A stretch of DNA of 64,000 bases from Magnetococcales bacterium (GTDB lineage: Bacteria > Pseudomonadota > Magnetococcia > Magnetococcales > JADFZT01): the NCBI GenBank assembly GCA_015232395.1, contig JADFZT010000016.1, positions 1,866 through 65,865 of the forward strand. Direction: 5' to 3'. Both the position numbers and the translations under genes were made by a program. The notes below the pieces were generated by a model, which saw only the letters and a list, made by a program, of their open reading frames with translations, searched no databases and had not been told where the DNA came from. Positions 49,938 through 60,750 of the stretch are shown piece by piece; the first letter of the stretch is position 1, and each line of letters starts with the position of its first letter.

Positions 49938-50666
49938 TTATCCCCCGGCTGAAATATGCAGGATGGCCCGCAGAACAAGCAGCAGTCCCGCAGTGCCGGA
50001 GAGGAGCAGCACAGCGGGTTTGGTACGTCCCCGATCCACATAGGGGGTGAAGCGTTTGGAGAGGATAAATCCCACGATGATGCCGGGGGTCAGAATCAAC
50101 CCCGCCCGGATCTCCCCGGGACCAAATCGATCCACCCCCCACAAAACCGGCAGGGTTATCAGAATCCCCAGGGTAAAATAAGCGGCCAGTGAGCCCCGGA
50201 GTCTGGGGCCGGAGACGTTTTGGTAGACCAGCGCCATGGCAGGGCCTCCCAGGCTTGCGGTGGTGCCCATGAAGCCGGAGACCGCTCCTGCCCAGATGAG
50301 GTTGGGGGTGGTGGGGTGCAGGTGAATCCCCCGAATGCCAGGGAGGGTCGCCACGATCACGATCACCCCCAGGGTCAGCTCCATCCATCCCCCCGAGAGC
50401 ATGGTCAAGGTCCAAGCCCCTATCCCGATTCCCCCCAAACGCCCCAAAAAAGCCCACTGGACATCCGCAAACACCACGGCATGGCGTTCCCGATGCCACG
50501 TCAGAGCGGTGAGAAAAAAAGCGGCCAGCATCATCGGACCCGGTACCAGAGCCGGGTTGAGCAGAGCCAGAATGGGAATGGCCACCACCGCCGCCCCAAA
50601 CCCCAAGGCCCCTTGAAGGGCGGCTCCCAAGGTGACGGCAGAGGTGGCGATGATCCACTCCATCAA
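49938..50666 (-). CDS. TauE/SafE family sulfite exporter
   Basis: QGALGFG, SGFMGT..GGP, multiple TM segments. Confidence 0.88.
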   Translation of the reverse strand: MMEWIIATSAVTLGAALQGALGFGAAVVAIPILALLNPALVPGPMMLAAFFLTALTWHRERHAVVFADVQWAFLGRLGGIGIGAWTLTMLSGGWMELTLGVIVIVATLPGIRGIHLHPTTPNLIWAGAVSGFMGTTASLGGPAMALVYQNVSGPRLRGSLAAYFTLGILITLPVLWGVDRFGPGEIRAGLILTPGIIVGFILSKRFTPYVDRGRTKPAVLLLSGTAGLLLVLRAILHISAGG

Positions 50667-50752
50667 GGTGAGTTGGATCTCTATGGGTGGGTGCTCACAG
50701 AGGGGGAGGCGGCGATTAATTTTGGCATTATGTCCCAGGATGTAGAGGTCAA

Positions 50753-50994
50753 TATAGCAACTCCAATCCAGAATTGGGCATATGCCGTTACTCTTTTGCT
50801 GTCATTCCCGCGAATGCGGGAATCCAGAGTGTCTGGCACGAACCTTTCCAAATCTTGCTCCACTTTCAGCAAAACACCGGCCTTTCTTGAAAATTTGGTT
50901 TTTCCTTAAGGGCAATCATCACTCCCTGGATCCCCGCCTTCGCGGGGATGACGAGTCAGGGAAGAGTGTCCAATTTTGAGATAGAACTGCTATA
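50753..50994 (-). mobile_element. ~240 bp TA-flanked MITE, copy 3 (inverted orientation)
   Basis: TATAGCAACTCCAATCCAGAATTGGGCA ... TGTCCAATTTTGAGATAGAACTGCTATA; reverse complement of copies 1 and 2. Confidence 0.88.
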
Positions 50995-50998
50995 GCAT

Positions 50999-52090
50999 CT
51001 ATCCTGTTTGATTGTTTTCAAGAAGTTGATCCACGACCCCAAGGAATCGATCCATCTCTTCGGGGGTGCCGATGGTGATGCGAAGTTTGTCGGCCAGGTT
51101 GGGGTCACTGCCGAAATAGCGCACCAAAAAGCCGTGGGTCTTGAGGTCCGCCAGCCATCCTTCGCCATCCCGTTTTCCCGTGGGGATGGTGGTGAGGATA
51201 AAGTTGGCCTGACTTGGAATGACCTGAAAGCCGCGCTCCTGGAGATTTTGGGTGAGTCGCTGCCGTTCTTGACGAATGATCCTGGTGTTTTTTTCGCAGG
51301 TTGAGAGGTTTTCCAGAGCCGCCGTAGCCGCTGCCTGGGCCACGGCATCCAGATTGTAGGAATCCCGGACCTTGTGCATTTGGGTGGCGATTTCCCGGGA
51401 CATGAAGCCCAGACCAATACGCAAGCCTGCCAAGGACAAAGATTTGGAAAAGCTGCGGGTGATGATCAGGTTGTCGTGATCCGGTAGCAGGGGAAGGCCA
51501 TTATCCATGGCAAAATCCCCGTAGGCCTCATCCAGGACCACCACCCCCGGAGCAGCCTGGCAGAGTCGGGCCACCTCCTCCAGGGAGTTGACATGCCCGG
51601 TGGGGGCGTTGGGGCGGGGCAAAAAAATCACTTTGGCGCCGGTATCGGCCAAGGCTGATATGGGTAGTTCGAATCGCTCTCCACCCGCCCAGGGGACCGG
51701 AATGAATCGCCCTCCCTGGAGTTGGGTGAGGGGGGCGTAGAGGGTATAGGTGGGGTCTGGGGCTGCCACCCCTTCTCCGGGATCGACGAAGGTGCGCAAA
51801 ATCATGGTGAGCAGATCGTCGGAGCCGTTGCCCACCACTATCTCTTCAGGAGAAAGCCCATAGGCTGCTGCGGCGGCTTCTCGAACCAGTCTGGCGGATG
51901 GCTCCGGGTAGAGGCGCAGACGATCACCCCGGGAGGTTTCCCGAATGGCCGTCAAAACCGCTTCCGGGGGGGGGAAGGGGTTTTCGTTGGTGTTGAGTTT
52001 GATCAGGGTTTGCCGGGGGCTGGGCTGCTCTCCGGGAACATATCCGGCCAAGGCGAGTACGTTGGGTCGTACCCACTTGTGAAGGCTCAT
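50999..52090 (-). CDS. hisC: Histidinol-phosphate aminotransferase
   Basis: YVPGEQP, KLNTNENPFPP, GNGSDD, PNAPTG, DEAY, RSFSKSLSLAGLRIG. Confidence 0.95.
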   Translation of the reverse strand: MSLHKWVRPNVLALAGYVPGEQPSPRQTLIKLNTNENPFPPPEAVLTAIRETSRGDRLRLYPEPSARLVREAAAAAYGLSPEEIVVGNGSDDLLTMILRTFVDPGEGVAAPDPTYTLYAPLTQLQGGRFIPVPWAGGERFELPISALADTGAKVIFLPRPNAPTGHVNSLEEVARLCQAAPGVVVLDEAYGDFAMDNGLPLLPDHDNLIITRSFSKSLSLAGLRIGLGFMSREIATQMHKVRDSYNLDAVAQAAATAALENLSTCEKNTRIIRQERQRLTQNLQERGFQVIPSQANFILTTIPTGKRDGEGWLADLKTHGFLVRYFGSDPNLADKLRITIGTPEEMDRFLGVVDQLLENNQTG

Positions 52091-52526
52091 CTCTTTCTCC
52101 CTGTGGCGTCGTGACCTTGGTGGGGAATGATTCTTCTGGCTGTGGGGCTTGGGTTTTATCACGGCTATCCCTGGCTTTTCCCACTTCTGGAAGGCGCAAT
52201 TTTTAGCTTATTTGGATGGATTAAACAATATGTCACACTGGGCACACTCTGATTTCTGGCCCAGCTGCCATTGTAGTGGTGAGGGTTGCCGGAATGGTTT
52301 TTAAAGCGAGGGCAGCTGTCGATGGGGAGGTTATGGTTGGTATCTATAAAATGATTAAAATTCGGCATTTGTTTTGCTGATCGGTGTCATCTATCCTGCT
52401 TCTATAATAATGATAGAGCTGTTTTTGTTAACCAGTCTTGACTTTTGTTAACCAAACATTATCCGTTTGCATCTAAAATCAAGCAAGATTTTCTTGCAGA
52501 GTTGAGCCGTATTGGATGTTGTTTGA

Positions 52527-52540
52527 TTGATTTTCATCAA
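52527..52540. promoter_or_regulatory. Perfect FNR/Dnr box
   Basis: TTGATTTTCATCAA matches TTGAT-N4-ATCAA, ~35 nt upstream of the Crp/Fnr gene. Confidence 0.7.
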
Positions 52541-52574
52541 AACCAGTCAATTATTTTGTCAAATGGGGGGTGTC

Positions 52575-53321
52575 GTGACTTTTAACGAAATGGCCAGTAG
52601 CTTAAAAAAAACAAAGCTATTTGCCAGCTGCACGGTTGCTCAATTGAAACAGCTCCACCAGATGGCCGAACCGATCACCCTGGAGGAGGGCGATATCTTG
52701 GTTCAACAGGACGATGTGGCAGAGTGGTTTTACTGGTTGAAGGGGGGGTGTGTTCAGCTGTTTCGAACCTCTCTCATGGGCAGCCGGAAGATTTATACCC
52801 GGCTGGAAAAGGGAGAGTTCGTCGGAGCCGCACTGCTCTTTCAGGAGGATACCCGCCATCCGGTGACGGTGCAGGCGGTGGAGCCAAGCAAGCTTATGGC
52901 ATTTCGCAAGCAGCCCTTCCGGGAATTTCTCTGGCACTCTCCCGCTACCTGTTTTCGCATGATGGGACTGCTCTCAAGCCGTTTGCAGACCCACATTCAG
53001 GATATTTCCGAATTGAGCCTGTGCAGCCCCTCCAGTCGCCTGGCCAATTTTTTGTTGAACCAGATTCCCCCTCCCCTTCAAGAGCGCGCGGTGATTGAGT
53101 TGGCGCTCTCCCGGACAGAATTGGCCCAGGAGCTTTCCGTCAAACCGGAGACCCTTTCCCGTCTGCTGGGGCGCTTGCAAAAACAGGGTGTCATTGAGGT
53201 GCAAAACCGCATCATTCGGGTTCCCGATGTGGCACAGCTCCAAAAGGAGGCAGGAGGGGAACTGGCGGTTTCCTGTCGGACCGGCCTACCCCAGATGGCC
53301 TTTATGCAGGAGATGCGTTAA
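52575..53321 (+). CDS. Crp/Fnr family regulator, Dnr-like
   Basis: cNMP-like domain, RLANFLL, HTH with KPETLSR; no N-terminal FNR Cys cluster. Confidence 0.88.
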   Translation: MTFNEMASSLKKTKLFASCTVAQLKQLHQMAEPITLEEGDILVQQDDVAEWFYWLKGGCVQLFRTSLMGSRKIYTRLEKGEFVGAALLFQEDTRHPVTVQAVEPSKLMAFRKQPFREFLWHSPATCFRMMGLLSSRLQTHIQDISELSLCSPSSRLANFLLNQIPPPLQERAVIELALSRTELAQELSVKPETLSRLLGRLQKQGVIEVQNRIIRVPDVAQLQKEAGGELAVSCRTGLPQMAFMQEMR

Positions 53322-53514
53322 CAGAGGCCTGTTCCAGACCAAACAGCCTGCCATCACGACCATCTCCTGGCGTCATGGCCGATGGTCTGGAGGATGTCCA
53401 GCCATGGCCACTCCTGATTTTTGTCAGAGGATCCGCCTGCCATCGATTTTTCCAAGCTTACCCTGATATAGTATCGGATTTTCCTGAGAGCGATTTGGCC
53501 GGGGTGAGGGGGGC

Positions 53515-56500
53515 ATGGAAAAACTGCGATTCAGGTTTGGCTTGATGCTGCTGTTTCCCTTGGCTGGGCTCATCTGGTTCAGCGTTCAGGGGGTAGTGGC
53601 CAAATATGACATCCTGGAACGCATGGCTGCTCTGGCGGAGCTTGCCGAGCTTGCGGTGGAGAGCAGCGCTCTGGTCCACGAAACCCAGAAGGAGCGGGGC
53701 TATACCGCTGGGTTTTTGGGGAGCAGCGGTGAGCAGTTTCGCTCCGAGTTGTCCAGCCAGCGGCAGCGGACCAACCGAAACCTCCTGACCTTTCAAAAAA
53801 AAATCAAAGACTTCGATGTCGAGAAAGTTGGCGCTATGGAAGGCATCGGCGCTGATTTTCAGGGGGCACTGGCCCATGCGCTGAGTTATCTTGACGCTAT
53901 GGCGGCATTTCGTCTGCAGGTGGATCAGCAGAAGATTTCGGTGCAGGAGGCCATCACCCACTATTCCGAAATGAACGCTGCTTTTCTTGAGATGATTGGC
54001 GTTCTCTCCAGATTGACCACCAATCCCCAAATGATGTCCCTCATTGCCGGGTATGAATATTTCCTGTTGAGCAAGGAGCGGGCAGGCATCGAGCGGGCGT
54101 TGATAACCGGAACCCTGGCCCAGGACCAATTTGCACCGGGTAATCTGCATCAATTTCATACCCTGGTGGCGGAGCAGGAGACCTATACCCGGGTTTTTCT
54201 CTCCTTTATGACCGCCAAACAGTCTGCCTTCTATCACAACATGTTGAGCCATGAAGTGGTCTCCCGGGTGGGTCGGTTGCGCCAGATTATCCTGGCCAAA
54301 GGGGAGAGGGGATCGTTCGGTATTGATGCCAACGATTGGTTTTATGCCATTACCAAAAAAATCGACCTGCTCAAAGAGGTGGAAAACCGACTTTCCGAGG
54401 AGATCCAATATCAGGGGGGGGTGCTGGAGTTGGATGCCGAGTGGGCTTTTCGGGGCTATCTGGTGTTGAACCTCCTGGTGGTGCTGTTGGCCGCCCAGAT
54501 GGTCCGTTTGGTTCACGAATATATCGGCCGGCTCAGAGGGGCGGAACGGGGGCTTTCCCTGCACCGGGATCATCTGCAGGAGCTGGTCTCCGCGCGTACC
54601 GGAGAGCTTTCCACCGCCAATGCCCGCTTGCAGGAGGCGTTGCGGGTGGCGGAGTCGGCCAACGTCGCCAAAGGCCAGTTTGTGGCCACCATGAGCCACG
54701 AAATCCGCACCCCTCTCAATGTGGTGCTGGGGATGCTTGAACTTCTCCGGGACGCAAAACTTGACCGGGAAGCCCGGGAGCATGTCAAACTCGCTTCCAG
54801 CTCTGGAGAAAATCTCCTCTCCCTGGTCAACAATATTCTCGATTATTCCAAAATCGAAGCGGGGCAGTTTATCTTCGATCAGGTGGATTTTGATCTGCGG
54901 GAGTTGATGGAGGAGACTGCGCTGGCCCTCTCCCCCCTGGCCCAGGCCAAGGGGATTGAGCTGACGGTATTCTATCCCAGCGAGCTGCCAGCCCGGGTGA
55001 TGGGAGATGCCAATCGCCTGCGGCAGGTGTTTACCAACCTCATTGCCAACGCCGTCAAGTTTACCCCGGCTGGGGGGCTGGTGGAGTTTCATGGGGGGCC
55101 GGTGGGGCGAAGTGACAAGGGGATTGAATTTCTCTTTGAAGTGCGGGATACCGGCATCGGCGTGGATGAGGCACTACGGGAAAAAATATTTGACCGCTTC
55201 ACCCAGGCCGACAGTTCCACCACCCGTCTTTATGGGGGCAGCGGTCTGGGCTTGGCCATTTGCAAACATCTGGTAGCCGGGATGGATGGGGAGATCGGGG
55301 TGGAGGCCAATGCTTTTGCTGATTCCGGCTCCACCTTCCATTTTACCATTGAGCTGGGGGAGCAGCCCCACCAACCCCGGTTGGCCGAACCCTCCGGCCT
55401 GGAGGGTATGCGTGCCCTGGTGGTGGCGGGGGAGGGGATGCAGCTGAGCCGGATTCGCAATATTTTGGATGCCTGGGGGGTGCGCTGTGGTCATGTAACC
55501 GCCATCAGCAAGGCGGTGGAGTTGCTGCGTAACTCGGCGGTGGCCAAACATCCCTTTGATCTGGTGATCATCAACGATCGACCCGACGACCACCATCGCC
55601 GGGATTTGCCCCTTCTGGAGACCGCCAATACCCCGTCTGCCTTTATTCTCCTCACCGACCATCTGGATTCGGGGTTCGATCAGACCTCCTTTTTGCCGGG
55701 GCCAGCCCTCTGCCTGAAAAAAACCTTCACCACCGAACAGCTGCAAAACACCATCCGCTGGTTGATGAAAACACCCTTGGACCCGGGGAGTTCCGTCACA
55801 CTCTTGCCCAGGGAGCCGGAACGCACCTTTCGTTCGGACGTGCGGATTTTGCTGGTGGACGATCATGAGGCCAATTTGGCTGTGACCCGGGGGATGTTGG
55901 CCAAGCTGGGGATTGCCAGCGGGAATATCGTCTCCACCACCCAGGGAGAGGAAGCTTTTGCTGCCTGCCGGGAGGAGGCGTTTGACCTGGTTTTTATGGA
56001 TTGTCAGATGCCGATCATGGATGGCTACCAAGCGACCCGGGCCATTCGGCAGTGGGCATTGGAAGAGGGGCTGCCTCGGATACCCATTATCGCCTTTACC
56101 GCTGATATCACCGGGGAAAATCAGCAGTCTGCCCGGGAAGCGGGTATGGACGATCTGCTGGAAAAGCCGGTCGCCTTGGACGCTTTGCGGGAAAAACTCA
56201 GCCGGTTTATCCCCCTGGCGGATTCCCCTCAGCCTGCCACCTCTGAGATATCGTCGGAGGCCACCCTCCCCAAGCCCGCCCTCGCCCAGGTGACCGCCGC
56301 TCTGGAGGCCATCGGCCTCACCCAAGAGGATATGGTGGAGGTGGCTGGATTGCTGACGACCCAGATGGAGGAGCTGCTGGGAAATTTGGTGAGGGATCTC
56401 AAACGGCGAAATCCCGGCTCGGCCAGGGCCACCTCCCATGTCTTGAAGGGGAGCATCGTCGGCGTCATTTTTCCCGATCTGCGTATTCCCCTGCAAAAGC

Positions 56501-56622
56501 TGCATAAACAGATCTGTGAAGGACAATGGCAGGCGGCCACAGGTGAGCTTGAAGGGGTTCGGGAGGCTTTCAGTGCGCTTCAGGAGGTGCTGGGGGAGCT
56601 TTCGAAAGGGGGCAGTGGTTAA
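53515..56622 (+). CDS. Hybrid sensor histidine kinase with NIT (nitrate/nitrite-sensing) domain, two REC-like domains and Hpt
   Basis: LVHETQKERG and KERAGIERA NIT motifs; MSHEIRTP, NAVKFT, DTGIG, GSGLGL; FMDCQMP; SHVLKG. Confidence 0.92.
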   Translation: MEKLRFRFGLMLLFPLAGLIWFSVQGVVAKYDILERMAALAELAELAVESSALVHETQKERGYTAGFLGSSGEQFRSELSSQRQRTNRNLLTFQKKIKDFDVEKVGAMEGIGADFQGALAHALSYLDAMAAFRLQVDQQKISVQEAITHYSEMNAAFLEMIGVLSRLTTNPQMMSLIAGYEYFLLSKERAGIERALITGTLAQDQFAPGNLHQFHTLVAEQETYTRVFLSFMTAKQSAFYHNMLSHEVVSRVGRLRQIILAKGERGSFGIDANDWFYAITKKIDLLKEVENRLSEEIQYQGGVLELDAEWAFRGYLVLNLLVVLLAAQMVRLVHEYIGRLRGAERGLSLHRDHLQELVSARTGELSTANARLQEALRVAESANVAKGQFVATMSHEIRTPLNVVLGMLELLRDAKLDREAREHVKLASSSGENLLSLVNNILDYSKIEAGQFIFDQVDFDLRELMEETALALSPLAQAKGIELTVFYPSELPARVMGDANRLRQVFTNLIANAVKFTPAGGLVEFHGGPVGRSDKGIEFLFEVRDTGIGVDEALREKIFDRFTQADSSTTRLYGGSGLGLAICKHLVAGMDGEIGVEANAFADSGSTFHFTIELGEQPHQPRLAEPSGLEGMRALVVAGEGMQLSRIRNILDAWGVRCGHVTAISKAVELLRNSAVAKHPFDLVIINDRPDDHHRRDLPLLETANTPSAFILLTDHLDSGFDQTSFLPGPALCLKKTFTTEQLQNTIRWLMKTPLDPGSSVTLLPREPERTFRSDVRILLVDDHEANLAVTRGMLAKLGIASGNIVSTTQGEEAFAACREEAFDLVFMDCQMPIMDGYQATRAIRQWALEEGLPRIPIIAFTADITGENQQSAREAGMDDLLEKPVALDALREKLSRFIPLADSPQPATSEISSEATLPKPALAQVTAALEAIGLTQEDMVEVAGLLTTQMEELLGNLVRDLKRRNPGSARATSHVLKGSIVGVIFPDLRIPLQKLHKQICEGQWQAATGELEGVREAFSALQEVLGELSKGGSG

Positions 56623-56825
56623 AGCCCAAGACCCTTTCCTGGAGTAGGCGTATCCCCTTTTCGGTGGGTGGCGTTTTCTTCTTCCAGCCGATGGCATCCA
56701 TCCCATTGGCAACCTGAAGGGGAATCCCGTAATATGTAGAGTTCTGATATTTTGAGGTGCCATGGTTCTCTTTTTGGAATCTGGCCTGACTCTCTCCGGT
56801 ATTCAGTCTGGAATCTTTCGACCCT

Positions 56826-58526
56826 ATGGAATTTACCCTGGCCATGATCCAGGTGGACCCCCACGTTGGGGCCCTGGAAAAAAACAGCCGTGCACTCCTG
56901 GAACACGTCCGCAAGGCCAAGGAGGCCGGGGCTGACCTGGCGGTTTTTCCGGAGTTGGCCCTCACCGGCTATCCCCCGGAAGATCTTCTCCACAAGCCCC
57001 TGTTTCTGGAAAGATTGGGGCAGGTGGAGGAGGAGCTGCACCGTGGGGCGGCTGAAATAGGCATCGATATTCTCTACGGTTCCATCCGTTCTGGCCCGGA
57101 GGGGCTTTGGAATGTGGGCCTATTGATCCAGAATGGGGTGGAAACCGGGATGGCGGTCAAATGGCGTCTGCCCAACTATGGGGTTTTTGACGAACGGCGC
57201 TATTTTCAACCCGGAACATCCACCCGCCCTTTCGACTACCGGGGTATCGCCATCGGTGTGACCGTCTGTGAGGATATCTGGCATACCGACGGCCCTTTGC
57301 CGGAGTTGGCCCGGGGGGGCGCCGAGCTGATCCTGAATCTCAACGCCTCTCCTTTTCATATGGATAAGCGGACCCAACGGCTGAAAACCGTCACCAGCCG
57401 GGTCCAGGAGCACGGCCTGCCCATTGTTTATGTCAATCTGGTAGGGGGGCAGGACGAACTGGTTTTTGATGGGGACTCCTTTGCCATGGATCGCCATGGA
57501 GAGATCATCGCCCGCTCCGCTTTTTGTCGGGAGGATCTCAACCTGATCCGAGTGCGCCAGGAGCCCCGGGAACGGTCGGAGCCCCAGGGGGAAGGGGCGC
57601 CGGTTGGAGAGAGGGCCAAGAGAGGCGTAACTCTCGTGCCGGGGCGGATGGAACCCCTGGCCGATGCTACCCGGGAGCTCTACCAGGTGTTGTGTACGGG
57701 GCTTGCGGGGTATGTGCGTAAAAATGGTTTTGATGGGGTGGTGTTGGGGCTTTCGGGGGGGATCGACTCGGCGCTGACCGCGGTCATCTGTGCCGATGCC
57801 TTGGGGCCCCAGCGGGTGGAGGTGGTGATGATGCCCTCTCCATACACCTCTCCGGAAAGCCTGGAGGATGCCGCTGACGGGGCCAGGCGATTGGGTATTC
57901 GACTGGGAGAGATTCCCATCGGGCCGCTGTTTGATCTTTTTCAGGCGAGCCTGAAGGACGAATTTGCGGGTTATGGGGCCGATGTCACCGAGGAAAACAT
58001 CCAGCCCCGCATTCGGGCAACGCTGCTGATGGCCATCTCCAATAAAAAGCGCCTGCTTCTGGTGACCACCGGCAATAAAAGCGAGATCAGTGTCGGTTAT
58101 GCCACCCTCTATGGCGATATGGCCGGGGGGTTTTCGGTTTTGAAGGATCTCCTGAAAGAGGGGGTCTATCGACTGGCCCGGGCGCGCAACCAATGGGCCC
58201 AAGAGGCGGGAGAGCCCCCGCCGGTGCCGGAAAGAATTATCGACAAGCCCCCGTCGGCGGAGCTTAAACCCGACCAGAAAGATACCGATTCCTTGCCCCC
58301 TTATCCCGTTCTCGATCAAATTTTGCAATATTATGTGGAACAGGAACTGGGGCTTATGGAGATCGTCAATAAAGGGATCGACCGGGCCACCGCAGCCCGG
58401 ATCATTCGGCTGGTGGACCAAAATGAATATAAACGGCGTCAAGCCTCCCCCGGTGTGCGGGTTACCCGGCGGGCCTTCGGCAAGGACAGGCGCTATCCCA
58501 TCACCAACGGTTTTCGGGTATCCTGA
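56826..58526 (+). CDS. nadE: Glutamine-dependent NAD+ synthetase
   Basis: FPEL, LPNYGVFDE, CEDIW nitrilase domain; SGGIDSA, TGNKSE, GYATLYGD. Confidence 0.97.
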   Translation: MEFTLAMIQVDPHVGALEKNSRALLEHVRKAKEAGADLAVFPELALTGYPPEDLLHKPLFLERLGQVEEELHRGAAEIGIDILYGSIRSGPEGLWNVGLLIQNGVETGMAVKWRLPNYGVFDERRYFQPGTSTRPFDYRGIAIGVTVCEDIWHTDGPLPELARGGAELILNLNASPFHMDKRTQRLKTVTSRVQEHGLPIVYVNLVGGQDELVFDGDSFAMDRHGEIIARSAFCREDLNLIRVRQEPRERSEPQGEGAPVGERAKRGVTLVPGRMEPLADATRELYQVLCTGLAGYVRKNGFDGVVLGLSGGIDSALTAVICADALGPQRVEVVMMPSPYTSPESLEDAADGARRLGIRLGEIPIGPLFDLFQASLKDEFAGYGADVTEENIQPRIRATLLMAISNKKRLLLVTTGNKSEISVGYATLYGDMAGGFSVLKDLLKEGVYRLARARNQWAQEAGEPPPVPERIIDKPPSAELKPDQKDTDSLPPYPVLDQILQYYVEQELGLMEIVNKGIDRATAARIIRLVDQNEYKRRQASPGVRVTRRAFGKDRRYPITNGFRVS

Positions 58527-58531
58527 TCCAG

Positions 58532-59380
58532 ATGATGAAACGATCCATGCCAGCCAAGGGACAAAACAGCCTCGGGAAAAACCTTCCGGCAAGCCGGGGG
58601 AGCTTGGGTGTTATCTGGCGCATGGGGGCTGTGGTACTCACTCTGGGGAGCGGTTTGCTCTTTTCAGCCTGTGGCGGGGATTCAAAACCAAATGTTTCCG
58701 CTGAGGATCTGACGGTTTATCTGGACAAGGGGCAGGCTTATCTCAATCGGGGCAATGCGGTGATGGCGCTACCCGCTCTGCAAGAGGCCCAGGCCATCGA
58801 CCCGGACAACCTGGAGGTGCTGGTGGCGCTGGGGTTGGCCTACGATGGGGTGGGGCGTTCCCAGCAGGCGTTGGCGGTGTTGGAAAAGGCTCACGAAATA
58901 GAGCCCCATAGCGGCCAGATCAGCAACAACCTGGGGGTGGCGCACATGCGCCTGGGGCAGCTGGAGGAAGCTGAAAAAGCTTTTGGTGAGGCGTTACAGG
59001 ATCTTACCTACGCTACACCTGAGGATGCCCAGTTCAATTTGGCCCTGCTTTATAAACGCCGGGGCGAAACAGAAAAGATGATGACGGCCCTGACCCGAAC
59101 CATCGATTACAATCCGGGTCATCTGGGGGGACGTCTGGAACTTGCCGACCACTACCGGGATGTGGGAAAACCCTCTCTGGAGAAGCAACAGCTGCAAATG
59201 GGTTTGGCGGAACATCCCGATCATCTGGTTTTGATGGAGCGTCTGGCTAAGGCGTATGTGGCAGCAGGTGAGCAGGAGGGGGCCCGGGCTGTGTATGGAC
59301 GGATTGCCAGGCTGGCACCGCAATCCGAATCGGGTAAACGGGCGATCCATTGGCTTTCAGCAGTGGGAACGGAAGAATGA
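58532..59380 (+). CDS. TPR lipoprotein, type IV pilus biogenesis PilF/PilW-like
   Basis: LFSAC lipobox, TPR repeats, SNNLG, Y.TPE.A; position before rodZ-ispG-hisS. Confidence 0.75.
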   Translation: MMKRSMPAKGQNSLGKNLPASRGSLGVIWRMGAVVLTLGSGLLFSACGGDSKPNVSAEDLTVYLDKGQAYLNRGNAVMALPALQEAQAIDPDNLEVLVALGLAYDGVGRSQQALAVLEKAHEIEPHSGQISNNLGVAHMRLGQLEEAEKAFGEALQDLTYATPEDAQFNLALLYKRRGETEKMMTALTRTIDYNPGHLGGRLELADHYRDVGKPSLEKQQLQMGLAEHPDHLVLMERLAKAYVAAGEQEGARAVYGRIARLAPQSESGKRAIHWLSAVGTEE

Positions 59381-60750
59381 AGTCAAACCGATCGGGACCC
59401 ATGGCGGTCCCCAAAAAGAAACCGCTGCGTGGCAAGGAGCCCTCTCTGGGGGAGCCTGACGGACAGGGTGAAGAGCAGCAGCCCCCAACAGAAGCCCCCA
59501 ACCAGGCGCCTCCTGCTAACAGCGGTGGGGCAGCTTTGGCGGTGGGACAGACCCTGCGGGAGGCTCGGGAAGCCAAGGGGCTCACCCTCCGGGAGCTTTC
59601 CCGCACCACCCGCATCCGGGATTTTCACCTCAACGCCCTGGAAAATGGTGAGCTGGACAAGCTGCCCGGCAATACCTTTGTCGTGGGTTTTTTAAAGATC
59701 TATGCCAAGGCCCTGGATCTGCCGGAGAAAGAACTGGTGGCCCAGTTCAGTGCCAGCCTGGATGGCCGCACCCGCAAACCCATGCGACCGGAACCGCCCC
59801 CAGCCCCCACCGGGGATACCAAAACCGGTCCTCGTCCGGGCAAATGGCTGGTGCTGGGGGGGATTGTCCTCCTGGTGGTCATATTTGTCCTGTTTGAAAA
59901 ATATCAGACTGAACTGGTGCCCGACGGCCCCACACCCAAACCGGAGCCTCCCCAGGCGATGATGGAAGAGCCTCTGGTGAGCGATACGCCGCCGGTGGTG
60001 GTGTCCGAGACCGACTCCGGCCTCTCTATTGATGCCGATTTGATTCCCCAGTCCGAAGAAGACCGGGAGGCCAGGCGTGTGGAGACCCCAGCCACGGAAG
60101 CGGCTGCCACTCCTGCTCTGAAACTGGCCGTGGATGCCCCTCTGGTTCGGGCTTCCGGCAGCATCTCGACCCCATCCGGGGAGGGGGGGGAAGCCGATAC
60201 AGAGCAGCTGGCTGAACCTGGCGCACCGGAAACGGTTGAGAATCCTGAAACACCGGCTACCCATCCCCGTTTGCGGGTGGCTACCCAGGTGGCCCAGGAG
60301 AGCCCGACCGCTGCCCAGGCTCCGGCCACCGAGGCTCCGGCCCAGCCGGTTTCGGATCGACTGGCCGACCGTATCGTGGAGGTGGCTCAAGATGCCCCAC
60401 AAGTCACCCGACGCGATCAGCCCATCGAGGAGCGTTATCCCGAATCGGGTGAGGGGGATGTGCCGCCGGGAATCACCCCAAATACCGTCTATCTGGAGGC
60501 CCAGGAGAGTGTCTGGGTGCAGATTTTCGATCAGGCTGGTGAGGAAAAGAAGGATATGGTGCTTCGCTCCGGACAGCGTTTTGTGATGCCGGAAGAGGGG
60601 CGTTATCTGGCCACCATCGGCCACGGGGGTGGGATCGCCATCTTTGTGGGTGAGGAGCGTATTCTCCTCAAGGGAGATCCGGCGGAACCCATCAACAATC
60701 TGGAGTTGACCGCGACTTCCCTGCGGAAAAAGGCTGCTGGAAACCCGTGA
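59377..60750 (+). CDS. rodZ: Cytoskeleton protein RodZ
   Basis: HTH_25 ([19 protein letters not shown]), TM segment, long linker, DUF4115-like C-terminus. Confidence 0.88.
   Translation: MKSNRSGPMAVPKKKPLRGKEPSLGEPDGQGEEQQPPTEAPNQAPPANSGGAALAVGQTLREAREAKGLTLRELSRTTRIRDFHLNALENGELDKLPGNTFVVGFLKIYAKALDLPEKELVAQFSASLDGRTRKPMRPEPPPAPTGDTKTGPRPGKWLVLGGIVLLVVIFVLFEKYQTELVPDGPTPKPEPPQAMMEEPLVSDTPPVVVSETDSGLSIDADLIPQSEEDREARRVETPATEAAATPALKLAVDAPLVRASGSISTPSGEGGEADTEQLAEPGAPETVENPETPATHPRLRVATQVAQESPTAAQAPATEAPAQPVSDRLADRIVEVAQDAPQVTRRDQPIEERYPESGEGDVPPGITPNTVYLEAQESVWVQIFDQAGEEKKDMVLRSGQRFVMPEEGRYLATIGHGGGIAIFVGEERILLKGDPAEPINNLELTATSLRKKAAGNP

Noticed and set aside
49780-50658. Long N-terminal extension of the 383-aa ORF 49507..50658
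   Set aside because: Overlaps TauE in another frame; the real gene starts at 49779 with its own SD
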